Assembly: GCA_037442745.1 (NCBI GenBank)
Contig: JBBIPP010000013.1
Coordinates: forward strand, 1 to 44,613
Direction: 5' to 3'
DNA: 44,613 bases
Origin: an archaeon
GTDB lineage: Archaea > SpSt-1190 > DYHY01
The notes under the pieces were generated by a model. The model saw only the letters and a program-made list of their open reading frames with translations. It ran no database searches and was not told the origin of the DNA. Below are positions 9,386 to 18,259 of this stretch, one piece after another. A program made the translations under genes and the position numbers. The stretch's first letter is position 1. Every line of letters begins with the position of its first letter.

Positions 9386-9879
9386 TCAGCCAAGGCGTCC
9401 GTTATTGTGGTGCTTGAGCAGGTGCTTTGCGAATTGCCACGCGACCTCTTGCCCGACAAAAGTCACCAGTACGGCGGCAAGGGTTGCTTCATTGACTTGT
9501 CCGCTTTTTGAGACTTGCTCAAGAGCAATCGCGGCAGGGCCGACTAGTCTTGGAGATATTTTTCCAGCTCCGGCAAGGATATTTAGGTGGGATGCGTAAT
9601 CCCCCTTCCTCCAGGATTCTACCTTCCCCCGCTTTTTTTCCCGAAATAGAGAACATTTTGCGAATATCCGGGAGCTTTTGCCATATCTACATAATCGACT
9701 TGGGCGGACGCATATGCCGGGTCGGAATAAGGGCCTCCGAACAGCTTCTGCCCAGTTATTCTGGCGCCTTCCTTGAAAGTTCCAAATTCTTCTTTCGCAT
9801 ATGTCTTGAAGTTGGAAATGCCGGAGCCCACATTTCCAATCAAATCAAGATACCTTTCGGAAATACGTTCGGTTTTCAT
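9386..9879 (-). pseudogene. Frameshifted orphan gene (about 165 aa if joined)
   Basis: ORF 9879-9619 ends just after an A7/G5 run. The -1 frame stays open to a TGA at 9386-9388. TATA box at 9909-9919. Confidence 0.5.
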
Positions 9880-10020
9880 AATTTACTTCCAACAGTCCCC
9901 TGCTTCTCTTTTATAAAAATTACTATTGTCTAATTGGTATATAATTGAAAAATCAACTTTTTCCTCCATTTTCCAATAAACCAAACCCCTTTTACTCCAA
10001 GATTCCCCCAAAATTCGGAA

Positions 10021-10980
10021 ATGTCAAAATCCCAAATCCCGATATACTCCAATATTGACAGGCCAAAGACTTCCCACAAAATTCTCGGAAGAGCCCTCCC
10101 CACTATTTTCAGCCTTGCATATGACCTTGACACATATTCGGCGTCAGAGGTTCCGGCAGGCTCCCTTGTTGTCGCAACAGGCCCCCACGAGACTGCAATT
10201 GATGTCGGATACGCCCTTTTCAACCCCGCGCTTTCCGGTAGAACGAACGATTCGGCAATTGTTGTGAAGGAAACTCTCCAGATGCATCCAGTCCTCCGGC
10301 TCTTCCAGCAGATTCCGGCATACCGGGAAAAGGCGGAGGAAGGGGTTGCAAAGGAAGATGATTTATACTATTTGAATCCTCAGGAATGCGAGATTTTGGG
10401 AATTCCCTTCACAGGAAAGGAGACTCTAAACTCCCAAAACAGGCCAGCTCTCCTGAGATCGAACACGTTCAAGCCGGTAAAGGACTGGCTTTCCGCAGGA
10501 AAAACCGTTTTGGTTTCAGTCGAAGGGACAAGATTTCCGAAATATCTGGAGGGCGCGCTCGAAAACGCGGATTTGGCAGAATACCAAAGAATTGGAATAC
10601 CTGACCCTCGCTTGGACATTTCCCAGTTCTTTGAGGGACCTATTGTCTTTGCCCGCTCGGGAAAGGCACGGATTTTGCCGGTATATACAAAAGCCCTTCA
10701 GGAAAAGGGAAGTTTCAGGCGAAAAAAGCTCGCAGTTTATTCGGGGCATCCGTTTGAGCCGGGAAATGACAAGGAGAAAGACATTGCACAAGTCCGCTAC
10801 CAGCTCCTCTCCCTCGAAGCAGGGCTTTTTCAGAACGGGACTTTTCCCGATTACTTTTCGTTCAGCGATTTTTTCAATTCCGCATGGGAGAAAAGGAAGG
10901 GCAGGAGTTCCTCCGGCTCGCTCCTCCCAATTCTCCCGGCTTTCCCAGAAGCTCTCGCCTCCTACAAGGGGTTTGGATAG
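10021..10980 (+). CDS. PlsC/LPLAT-family (lysophospholipid) acyltransferase
   Basis: HxxxxD (HETAID), VKETL, IPAYR, VEGTR, FFEG....RILPV and YSGHPF, all in the canonical order. Confidence 0.75.
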   Translation: MSKSQIPIYSNIDRPKTSHKILGRALPTIFSLAYDLDTYSASEVPAGSLVVATGPHETAIDVGYALFNPALSGRTNDSAIVVKETLQMHPVLRLFQQIPAYREKAEEGVAKEDDLYYLNPQECEILGIPFTGKETLNSQNRPALLRSNTFKPVKDWLSAGKTVLVSVEGTRFPKYLEGALENADLAEYQRIGIPDPRLDISQFFEGPIVFARSGKARILPVYTKALQEKGSFRRKKLAVYSGHPFEPGNDKEKDIAQVRYQLLSLEAGLFQNGTFPDYFSFSDFFNSAWEKRKGRSSSGSLLPILPAFPEALASYKGFG

Positions 10981-11025
10981 AATGCGAACAATTTTATAAT
11001 TGAACGCCATCCTGTTTTTCCGACA

Positions 11026-12102
11026 ATGTCTTTCGTTGCCGATTTGGCTTTTCTCGTTCTTGCCTTGGTTGCCCTAGCTTTTTTCAGCGAATGGGTTGTC
11101 AGGAGCGGGATAAGGATTTCAAGGCTCCTTGGAATCGGGGAGCTGACAATAGGATTCATCCTAATATCTGTCCTAACAAGCCTTCCTGAGCTAATGGTTG
11201 CCGTGACTTCAGCCGCGAGCGGGACGCTCGCTCTCTCGGTCGGAAACGTTTTCGGCGCAAACGTAGTTGATATCGCCCTTGTCCTCGGGCTCTCATTCTA
11301 TCTCTACCCGAAAAGTTTCAGGAACAGGGGGGCTGTAAAAAAGCTATCGACAGCACTCCTAATGTCCTCCGCAATAACAATAATATTCCTCCTTTTCGGT
11401 TCAGTCGGCCGCATTGCCGGATTCTTCCTGATGGGCGCGTTTTTCGCCTTTTGTTACTTCCTTTTCAAGGAAAAGGTGAAAGTCAACGAAACTGAAGCTG
11501 TGTATTCATCAGACAAGCGAACAGTAATATCGAGAATATCCCGCCTGCACATTGGGGAAGGGGCGATTTTCTCAGGGGGCCATGTGCGAAAGAAGGAGCG
11601 AACAATTGCGCTCTCCTTCCTGAGCCTCCTTGCCGGAGTTTTTCTGGTTGTCCTCTCCTCAAGCATTGTTGTCCGGTCGGCTTCCTCCCTTGGGGCAAAG
11701 GCAGGAATCTCTCCGGCAATAATAGGAGCAATTATCCTGGCTCTTGGGACAACCCTTCCAGAGTTTTCGATCGGGCTATCAGCTTTTCGGCATGGACATA
11801 TCGGCCTCGCCCTCGGGGATGCTCTCGGAAGCACTGTCACTAACCTGACATTGGTTCTTGGAAGCGGACTTTTGGTTTCAAGCGCAGTCCTGAACATGAC
11901 TTTCTTCTCTACTCTTGCCCTCTTCTCGCTTTTGACAAACGTCCTGTTCTGGTACATAATAACCTCCCGTAGCGAGCTTGGGAAATCCGAAGGAAAGCTC
12001 CTTCTCCTTGTTTACGGGGCTTTTGTCGCAGTCCTAGTGGGCGGGCAAATCTATCTTTTGAAGGAAGAAATTCTCTCCCATTTCCTTGGGTTTTTCGGGT
12101 GA
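11026..12102 (+). CDS. Na+/Ca2+ exchanger (CaCA, YrbG/NCX_Mj type)
   Basis: Alpha-repeats TSLPE...GNVFGAN and GTTLPE...GDALGS. TTTTATAA lies about 27 nt upstream. Confidence 0.93.
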   Translation: MSFVADLAFLVLALVALAFFSEWVVRSGIRISRLLGIGELTIGFILISVLTSLPELMVAVTSAASGTLALSVGNVFGANVVDIALVLGLSFYLYPKSFRNRGAVKKLSTALLMSSAITIIFLLFGSVGRIAGFFLMGAFFAFCYFLFKEKVKVNETEAVYSSDKRTVISRISRLHIGEGAIFSGGHVRKKERTIALSFLSLLAGVFLVVLSSSIVVRSASSLGAKAGISPAIIGAIILALGTTLPEFSIGLSAFRHGHIGLALGDALGSTVTNLTLVLGSGLLVSSAVLNMTFFSTLALFSLLTNVLFWYIITSRSELGKSEGKLLLLVYGAFVAVLVGGQIYLLKEEILSHFLGFFG

Positions 12103-12509
12103 TTGGATTTGGAAATACCGAAATTCAGGAAAACTGAATTGGAGCAGGCGGTCAGGATAACGGGAATACCGGAAAAAATAGTTGCCAAATAGGGGCTTTC
12201 AGAGGGCATTCTCGTTGTCTACTGCCCTCACACTACCGTCGCAATTGCGATAAACGAGGGGACTGCCGAGACATTCGTTTTTTATTCGTTCTCTTTTCTG
12301 GAAGCGCAAGAATCGGAAATTCCCTTTACCAACAATTCTAACAACAAAGCTCACCTGAAGGAGGCGATTATTGGAAATTCGAAAACAATCCCAATATCTT
12401 GGGAAAACTCCCTCCCAACTCTCTGAACCCGGGAATCAGTTTCCTCCTTGATTTCGACTGGCCAAAGGAAAGGAATGTGTTCGTCCAGATTATCGGGAAA
12501 ATCGGATAA
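12103..12509 (+). pseudogene. yjbQ: YjbQ/UPF0047 family pseudogene
   Basis: K*GLSEGILVVYCPHTTVAIAINE...AHLKEAIIGNSKTIPI...L*, then frameshifted DFDWPKERNVFVQIIG. Stops at 12190 (TAG) and 12424 (TGA). Confidence 0.88.
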
Positions 12510-12510
12510 A

Positions 12511-12987
12511 TCAATTCCTGAATTTTTCAACAAGTATTCTCTCCCGTATCCCTGCCCGTTTGGCTCCCCAAAGGTCGACTCCTAGCTTGTCCCCTATCAT
12601 TGCGGTCTTTTCCGTGCTAGCCCCAATCTGGCTTGCCAGTTCGAGAAAGCCCTCCGGATTGGGTTTCGTGTTCTTCTTCCCTACAATTATCCCGGTTCCC
12701 GAGAAAAAGCCCTCGAGCTCCTTCCGCCTCCAATATGTGCAGTTGGAGAGAATTCCTATCTTGAACTTTCCCTTGTTCTTCAGATTCAGGAGGAATTTTT
12801 TCATTTCCAAGGAAAGGAGTCTCCCGTCCCTCGCAAGAGTGTCGTCGAAATCGAAAATCAGCGCATTAACCCCTTTCCTTCTAAGGGCGGAATAGTCAAC
12901 TGAGCGAACGGAGTTTACCCTTCCAGTTGCAATCCACCCTTTTATAGGAAGGATGGCGAACTTGAGATATTCGACAATGTCTATCAT
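12511..12987 (-). CDS. YqeG-type HAD IIIA phosphatase (PGP-phosphatase/GEP4-like family)
   Basis: IFDFDDTL, ILSN, KP and IGDKLGVDLWGAKRAG. Confidence 0.85.
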   Translation of the reverse strand: MIDIVEYLKFAILPIKGWIATGRVNSVRSVDYSALRRKGVNALIFDFDDTLARDGRLLSLEMKKFLLNLKNKGKFKIGILSNCTYWRRKELEGFFSGTGIIVGKKNTKPNPEGFLELASQIGASTEKTAMIGDKLGVDLWGAKRAGIRERILVEKFRN

Positions 12988-13832
12988 TTCTTGGTGGAAG
13001 AAGCTTTCCCTTGCATATTATCCTTTGCATTGTTGCTGAGAAGAAGTTCAATTGCCCTTTTCTGCATCTCGGAATTGTTGACTGCGAGGAGGTTCTTTTC
13101 CTCAATTGTCCACTCTTTTCCGGAAAAGTCCGTAACAAGCCCCCCGGCTTCCCTGACAATTGCAACCCCCGCAGTAATGTCCCAGAGGCCCCCGAATCCT
13201 ATTGTGAAGAACAGGTCGTTTCGCCCGGAGGCAACCCAGGCCAAGTCAAGAGCCCCGCTCCCGAGCCTCCTGAAATCCCGCCCGGTTGTCTTCGCCAGTT
13301 CATATATCCCGGCAAGCTGTTCAATCTCTTTCAGCCCCTGCCTGTGGCAATAATTAATCAGAGTCTTGGAAATTTCCGTATTTTCAGAAACCGAAATCCT
13401 TTTCCCGTTCAAATACGCCCCCTTGCCCGAAAGGGCGCTGAAAAGTTCTCCCGTTGCTGGGTTGAGAATTGCTCCTCCAATGGGCTTTCTGTCCTTGAGA
13501 ATTCCTATTGAGACTGAAAAGAAGGGGAATTTCATTGAATAATTGACCGTTCCGTCAAGGGGGTCTACTGCGAAGCAAAAGCCATTTTCAGGTATTTCCG
13601 TCGAGTTTCTCGTCTCTTCCGAGAGTATCGGAACCCCTTTCGCCCTCGAGAGGATTTTCAGTATCGCCCTCTCGGAGGCAAGGTCGGCTTCAGTGACGAC
13701 TTCATAAGTTGAGAGGCTCCCCTTCTCCGCGATTATTCTGGCTTTTTCGTATTTATTGAGGAGGATTTTTCCCGAAGACCTTGCTGCAAGAACAGACAGC
13801 TTCAGGAGAGCTTCCTCGATTTTTCCGGGCAT
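12984..13832 (-). CDS. suhB: Inositol monophosphatase family protein
   Basis: VTEAD, SEE, DPLDGTVNY, RRLGSGALDLAWVA and WDITAG. Confidence 0.95.
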   Translation of the reverse strand: MPGKIEEALLKLSVLAARSSGKILLNKYEKARIIAEKGSLSTYEVVTEADLASERAILKILSRAKGVPILSEETRNSTEIPENGFCFAVDPLDGTVNYSMKFPFFSVSIGILKDRKPIGGAILNPATGELFSALSGKGAYLNGKRISVSENTEISKTLINYCHRQGLKEIEQLAGIYELAKTTGRDFRRLGSGALDLAWVASGRNDLFFTIGFGGLWDITAGVAIVREAGGLVTDFSGKEWTIEEKNLLAVNNSEMQKRAIELLLSNNAKDNMQGKASSTKK

Positions 13833-13970
13833 TTTCAGGCAGATTTTCAGGGAATTTAAAGAGGTTGCCTGTTTTCATGCCTTGTGGAGCGAGTAGAGCC
13901 AGAGGTTCAGTTCGCGGTAGAATTCGCTCCTCTTTCCGTCCCTGTTTCTGCTCTCAGACAGGTACTTGAT

Positions 13971-14498
13971 TCATTTTCGCTGGCTCTCAAAAAACCTTTT
14001 GTCGAGATGGTTCACCCTGCAAGGCGTTCCTTCGAGAAAAACTCCAGTGCCGTCTTCTCGGCAATAAGGCTCGGACGAAACGAATCCCACCTTGCCGAGG
14101 GCGGGGTCCCAAGTGGCATCGAGTGTGGCTACTTTTCCCGGAAGAATTTTTCCGTTGCCGGAGTACTCTAGGTACAGGTGCATTGTCTGGCCGAGGCATT
14201 CGGCGAGGGACCTTAGGCTCTTCGGATAATCCACCTCCAAATCAGACCACAGGAACCTTGACGCAACGTAGACTGCTGAATCCCCCAAGGCAGCCCAAAG
14301 GGAAATGTGCTTGGGCGTGCAGGAGCCCTGTTGCGATGATGCGAACCGGCTTATGAGCGCCTCGTAGTCGTCCGGCTGGCGGACTGCCACAAAATGGACG
14401 CCTTGGACTGCCCGGAAAGTCTCAATTATTTGCGCGCCAGGATCAGTTATGCCGAATTTTCCTGCGAGCCAGCCTTTCAATTCTGAAACCGCGCTCAT
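13971..14498 (-). CDS. Hypothetical protein
   Basis: 175-aa ORF whose ATG overlaps the HAD gene's stop (ATGA). No motif recognised. Confidence 0.6.
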   Translation of the reverse strand: MSAVSELKGWLAGKFGITDPGAQIIETFRAVQGVHFVAVRQPDDYEALISRFASSQQGSCTPKHISLWAALGDSAVYVASRFLWSDLEVDYPKSLRSLAECLGQTMHLYLEYSGNGKILPGKVATLDATWDPALGKVGFVSSEPYCREDGTGVFLEGTPCRVNHLDKRFFESQRK

Positions 14499-15166
14499 GC
14501 GGGCGCCCTCTTCGGCCCAAAAACAAGCTCAGAGAGGGAAGATATTTCTATCGTGTCCGGGAACGGGTTATCGGTTTTTCCGTACCGGTCTATCAGGTAG
14601 GTAGAGAGCCCCGCCCGCCTCGCCGGGGCGATGTCGTTCTCCGGGCTGTTTCCAACGACCGCGCAGTATTCGCATCCGCGGGCAAGCTCCTCCAAGGGAT
14701 AGTTCTCCTTCTCCTCGGCCAGTATCTCAATGTCGAAGAGGCCGTTGAATTCCACCCCCAGGGAATCCAATTTAGCCCTTTTAGGGCCGACTTCCCCTTG
14801 TGTCCAGAGAACCAGGGAATATCCGTTTTCCTTGAGCGACTTGAGGACATCGAGGGTTTCTTGGTAGAAATCCGGCCTCCTGAATGCCGACTTGCCAATC
14901 TCAAGAAGCCTTTTTTCAATTCCCGCTGAATACTCCCTCCTCGCTTCTCCGCACAGCAAGGCATAGGTTGCAACGAAGCTTCCGGGGAGGCGGGTTCCGT
15001 AGGGAACGGGCAGGCTTTTCCGTTCGGAGTAGATTTTTCCGAAAGCTTCCAAGGGGTCTGGCAGGCCTTCTGAGAGAAGGAGCCTTCTGAATTCTTCCTT
15101 CGCCTCGTTTTGGTATTCCTAGAACTTCCAGAGGGTGTCGTCCCCGTCGAAGATTATCCTTCTCAC
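14495..15166 (-). pseudogene. HAD-superfamily hydrolase interrupted by a single in-frame TAG
   Basis: GTG at 15166 gives RRIIFDGDDTLWKF*EYQ... with TAG at 15119-15121, in frame with the 14495-15052 ORF (WTQG, K, VVGNSPENDIAPA). TTTTAAAA at 15192-15199. Confidence 0.85.
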
Positions 15167-15245
15167 TGCAAGGGGGCATTCGAAGCCTTCCTTTTAAAAG
15201 ATTGCGCAGTTTTACCCCTCTTTTGTGGTTTAATCAAGGTTAAAA

Positions 15246-15911
15246 ATGGGCAAGTCCTCCTTTCTCCAAAAAGCCAATGGGCCAATGGGATGCCATATAC
15301 GAGAGGGGGTGGGCTATTCGTATTACGACGTGGAAAAGCCCCATGAAGACTTGGGAAAATTCGCGAAAGAGTGCGCAAAATCGAAGGCACGGCGCATTCT
15401 CGATCTTGGTAGCGGGCTCGGGCGCAACGCCTTTCCCCTGATTGCCGCCGGATGCTCCGTGGCCTGCATTGATTCTTCGCCCAAGGCAATTTCAGCCTTG
15501 AGGAAAAACGGCGTGAAGGGGGCCGTCCTCGGGGACATTTTCGCGCGCCTTCCTTTCAAGGATTCCTCTTTCGACGCAGTAATTGCCGTTCAAAGCCTCC
15601 AGCACGCGCGGGATGGGAGAATACTCCGAGCCCTCTCGGAAGTTAGGCGGGTTCTCAGGAAAGGCGGGCTGTTTTTCCTCACCGTATGCGGGCGCCATTC
15701 GGGAGGGAAAGTGAGATATTGCCTTGTGAAGACGGCTCGCAAGGTCGCCGAGAGGACATATGTCCCGACAATAGGGGATGAAAAAGGTCTTGTCCATTTC
15801 ATTTACGACAAGAGGACGCTTTCCCGCCACCTATCTGGATTCAGGACTTTGGCGTCTTGGAAGGATTCCAAGGACTATTACTGCGTCATTGCCCGGAAAC
15901 ATACTCCCTGA
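15246..15911 (+). CDS. Class I SAM-dependent methyltransferase
   Basis: ILDLGSGLGR, CIDSS, LPFKDSSFDAVI and RVLRKGG. Confidence 0.92.
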   Translation: MGKSSFLQKANGPMGCHIREGVGYSYYDVEKPHEDLGKFAKECAKSKARRILDLGSGLGRNAFPLIAAGCSVACIDSSPKAISALRKNGVKGAVLGDIFARLPFKDSSFDAVIAVQSLQHARDGRILRALSEVRRVLRKGGLFFLTVCGRHSGGKVRYCLVKTARKVAERTYVPTIGDEKGLVHFIYDKRTLSRHLSGFRTLASWKDSKDYYCVIARKHTP

Positions 15912-17004
15912 AAGTCCGCGCGGTTTCCTTCAGGTCGTTCGGCCTCGCCGGGTCCCTCGGGCCCCCAAGGGCAATCCTTGCGTGCACGAAATTCGGGCCC
16001 GGGAGGCTTGCCGATTTCTCGATTGCATGCCCAAGGGCCTCGGGCGAGTCGACGTCGAAGCAGTTCCGGTAGCCGTGGGCTCTGGCAAGCTCCGCCCAGT
16101 CTAGTTTTCCTCCGGGAGTGGGCTCCTCGCTGCATGAGCCGTACGCCTGGTTGTTGACGACAATATGGGTGAGCTTTCTGTCGGGGAGGCTTCCTGCGGT
16201 TATCATCCCGCCTTCCATCATCGATATCGAGGCGTCCCCGTCAACTACCACAACCCCGTTGTCCGGCTTGGCAATTGTCGTTCCCATGCCTATCGGGAGG
16301 GCGAGGCTCATTGAGCCAGTCATGTAAAAGTGCCTTCCGTCATATCCGTTCCTTTCGTAAAGCGTCCTGCTCATTATCCCCGTGTTCGAGACTATTGGAA
16401 GGCCGTATCCGCGAGTGACCTCGTCAATTACGCCGAGGGCCTCGTCCCGAAGCATTGGTCTTCCCCTGATGTCCCTTTCGACCGGCCCGCTTTGCGAATG
16501 CGCATTCCCCTGCCCCGGAACCTTGTAGTCCCATTCGGCTCCGCTGTCGGGGCTCTTCATCTGCCCCCTCTTTATGAGCATTGCAACAGGCCCCCGGATT
16601 TCATCCATTTTCCCGAGGAGCTCAGTCGCAGTCCCCTCGTCCTTGTAGACCCTGTTCGGTATGCCTGCGATGCTCAAGAAAGGCCTTGTGGCCTTGCCCG
16701 TCGCGAAATGCTGGCTCGCGTCCTCCCCGGGACAGCCCCTCCACGTGACTGCCATGAAGACAGGCATTCCGTAGGCCTGCTGGAGGGACAGGGCGTCGTT
16801 GAAACTGTCCATTAACCCCGAGTTCTGCATTGACACAAGGGGCTTTTTCCCCCCTAGCCACATTCCCGCCTCAATTCCCAATGCTTCCGATTCCCTAGTC
16901 GCAAAGACAAACGGCCAATTGGAAGAGTAGAGCCTAAGCGCGTCCTTCTGGACGCCGCAAGGAACCGCCGCTCCGCAGGGATTCGACTTGAGAAAATACG
17001 TCAA
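15886..17004 (-). CDS. Fused ThDP-dependent phosphonopyruvate/sulfopyruvate decarboxylase-like protein (5' end may be eroded)
   Basis: VPC, TRESEA, MQNSGL, WRG..GED..QH, NTGIMSR, FYMTGSMS and the GDA...NN ThDP motif. Confidence 0.85.
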   Translation of the reverse strand: MTYFLKSNPCGAAVPCGVQKDALRLYSSNWPFVFATRESEALGIEAGMWLGGKKPLVSMQNSGLMDSFNDALSLQQAYGMPVFMAVTWRGCPGEDASQHFATGKATRPFLSIAGIPNRVYKDEGTATELLGKMDEIRGPVAMLIKRGQMKSPDSGAEWDYKVPGQGNAHSQSGPVERDIRGRPMLRDEALGVIDEVTRGYGLPIVSNTGIMSRTLYERNGYDGRHFYMTGSMSLALPIGMGTTIAKPDNGVVVVDGDASISMMEGGMITAGSLPDRKLTHIVVNNQAYGSCSEEPTPGGKLDWAELARAHGYRNCFDVDSPEALGHAIEKSASLPGPNFVHARIALGGPRDPARPNDLKETARTFREYVSGQ

Positions 17005-17305
17005 GGGGCAATTCGGGTCGATGGATTTGGGGGTTAGAAAGCCAAACCCACTGTGCTACTCCGAGTCTGCGTCGAGAATGGGCATTTCCCCGTCTCAAAT
17101 ACTGTTCATAAGCCACGAGCTGGATGAGCTAGAGGGCACGCTCGAAACGGGGATGGGCGCTCTAGCCCTTGTCGGAGGGCGGAGCGATTTTTCATCTGAG
17201 ACTGACCCTGCCCTAGCGGAGTTGGCGTTGAGGTATCCGGGAAAGGTCCTGACATACTCCGACTTTTCTCAGATTCCCTCTTTTTTCGGGAATTATTCCA
17301 AGTAA
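16988..17305 (+). pseudogene. 5'-truncated HAD hydrolase (C-terminal half)
   Basis: SMDLGVRKPNPLCY...MGISPSQILFISHELDELEG..GM corresponds to HAD motifs III/IV. Motif I is absent, and the ORF overlaps head-to-head with the decarboxylase. Confidence 0.65.
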
Positions 17306-18201
17306 ATTCTCTTCCCGTCTGTCCTGATTGTTATTGTCCCGTTCTCGTCCGTCCTGAGAACCTTGCTCCCAAATTTCTCGAGCCTTCCGATTGTCTCGTT
17401 CGCAGGATGGCCGTAGGAATTCTTGCCGACAGATATTACTGATAGTTCCGGCCGGGCCCTGCCCAAAAATTCCTCTCCAGTAGCATATTTGCTCCCGTGG
17501 TGCGCCACTTTCAGTATGTCGATGTCTGGGACCTGTCCAGTTATCGCCCTCTCGCACCCCCCCTCACAGTCGCCGGTAAGGAGGATTTCAATTTCCCCGT
17601 AAGAAACTAGGACAACAATCGAGTTCTCGTTCTTCTCCCCCAAATTACCTTCCCTCGAAGGATTGAGAATTGTGAGGATAATCCAGGAATAATTGAAGCG
17701 ATCTCCAGCTTTAGGATAGGAAATCTTCCCTTGCTTTGAGATGTTGGAATATGCCAGATATGATTTTGTGTCTTCGCTTACCTCCGAATCCCAGACATCA
17801 GAGAAATTCAGAGCTTTCATTACCTCAGGCAAGCCCCCAATATGGTCGGAATCCGGATGAGTTGCGACAATCAGTTCGAGAGAATTGTCTCCAGTTGCCC
17901 TAATCTCTTCAAGAACAATTCCGCCTGACCCGGGCTTTCCCCCGTCAATTAATACCGAAAAATTCCCTCTGTTCAGGAGTATTGCGTCCCCCTGCCCGAC
18001 AGAGATGAAGAGGATTGTCAGGTTTTCCCCTTGCAACCCCCCGCCAGTTTTCGGCAAGTCCTTTCCGTTGGGCGGGCCAGCCAGTTCTTCGTCAGTCCCG
18101 TCCTCAACGAACGAGAACTCCTTTGAAACGCATCCGGAAAGGAGAATCAAGGAAAGCAGAAGAATGGGAAAAACCGCTGGTTTTTCACTTTTTCCGGGCA
18201 T
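17293..18201 (-). CDS. ComEC/Rec2-type metallo-beta-lactamase-fold hydrolase, lipoprotein
   Basis: ATG 18201 followed by the lipobox-like LILLSGC. Motifs VGQGD, HPDSDHIGG, TGD, KVAHHGS, SYGHP and RTD..G. The longer ORF start overlaps smc. Confidence 0.9.
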   Translation of the reverse strand: MPGKSEKPAVFPILLLSLILLSGCVSKEFSFVEDGTDEELAGPPNGKDLPKTGGGLQGENLTILFISVGQGDAILLNRGNFSVLIDGGKPGSGGIVLEEIRATGDNSLELIVATHPDSDHIGGLPEVMKALNFSDVWDSEVSEDTKSYLAYSNISKQGKISYPKAGDRFNYSWIILTILNPSREGNLGEKNENSIVVLVSYGEIEILLTGDCEGGCERAITGQVPDIDILKVAHHGSKYATGEEFLGRARPELSVISVGKNSYGHPANETIGRLEKFGSKVLRTDENGTITIRTDGKRIYLE

Positions 18202-18227
18202 ATCCTTCGGAATCCAACCAAATAACA

Positions 18228-18236
18228 TATAAAAAA
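18228..18236. promoter_or_regulatory. Shared bidirectional TATA box (smc / MBL hydrolase)
   Basis: TATAAAAAA sits centrally in the 58-nt gap, about 25-30 nt from both ATGs (18201 and 18260). Confidence 0.55.
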
Positions 18237-18259
18237 CCCGCGCGCGTCCCCCTTCCCAG

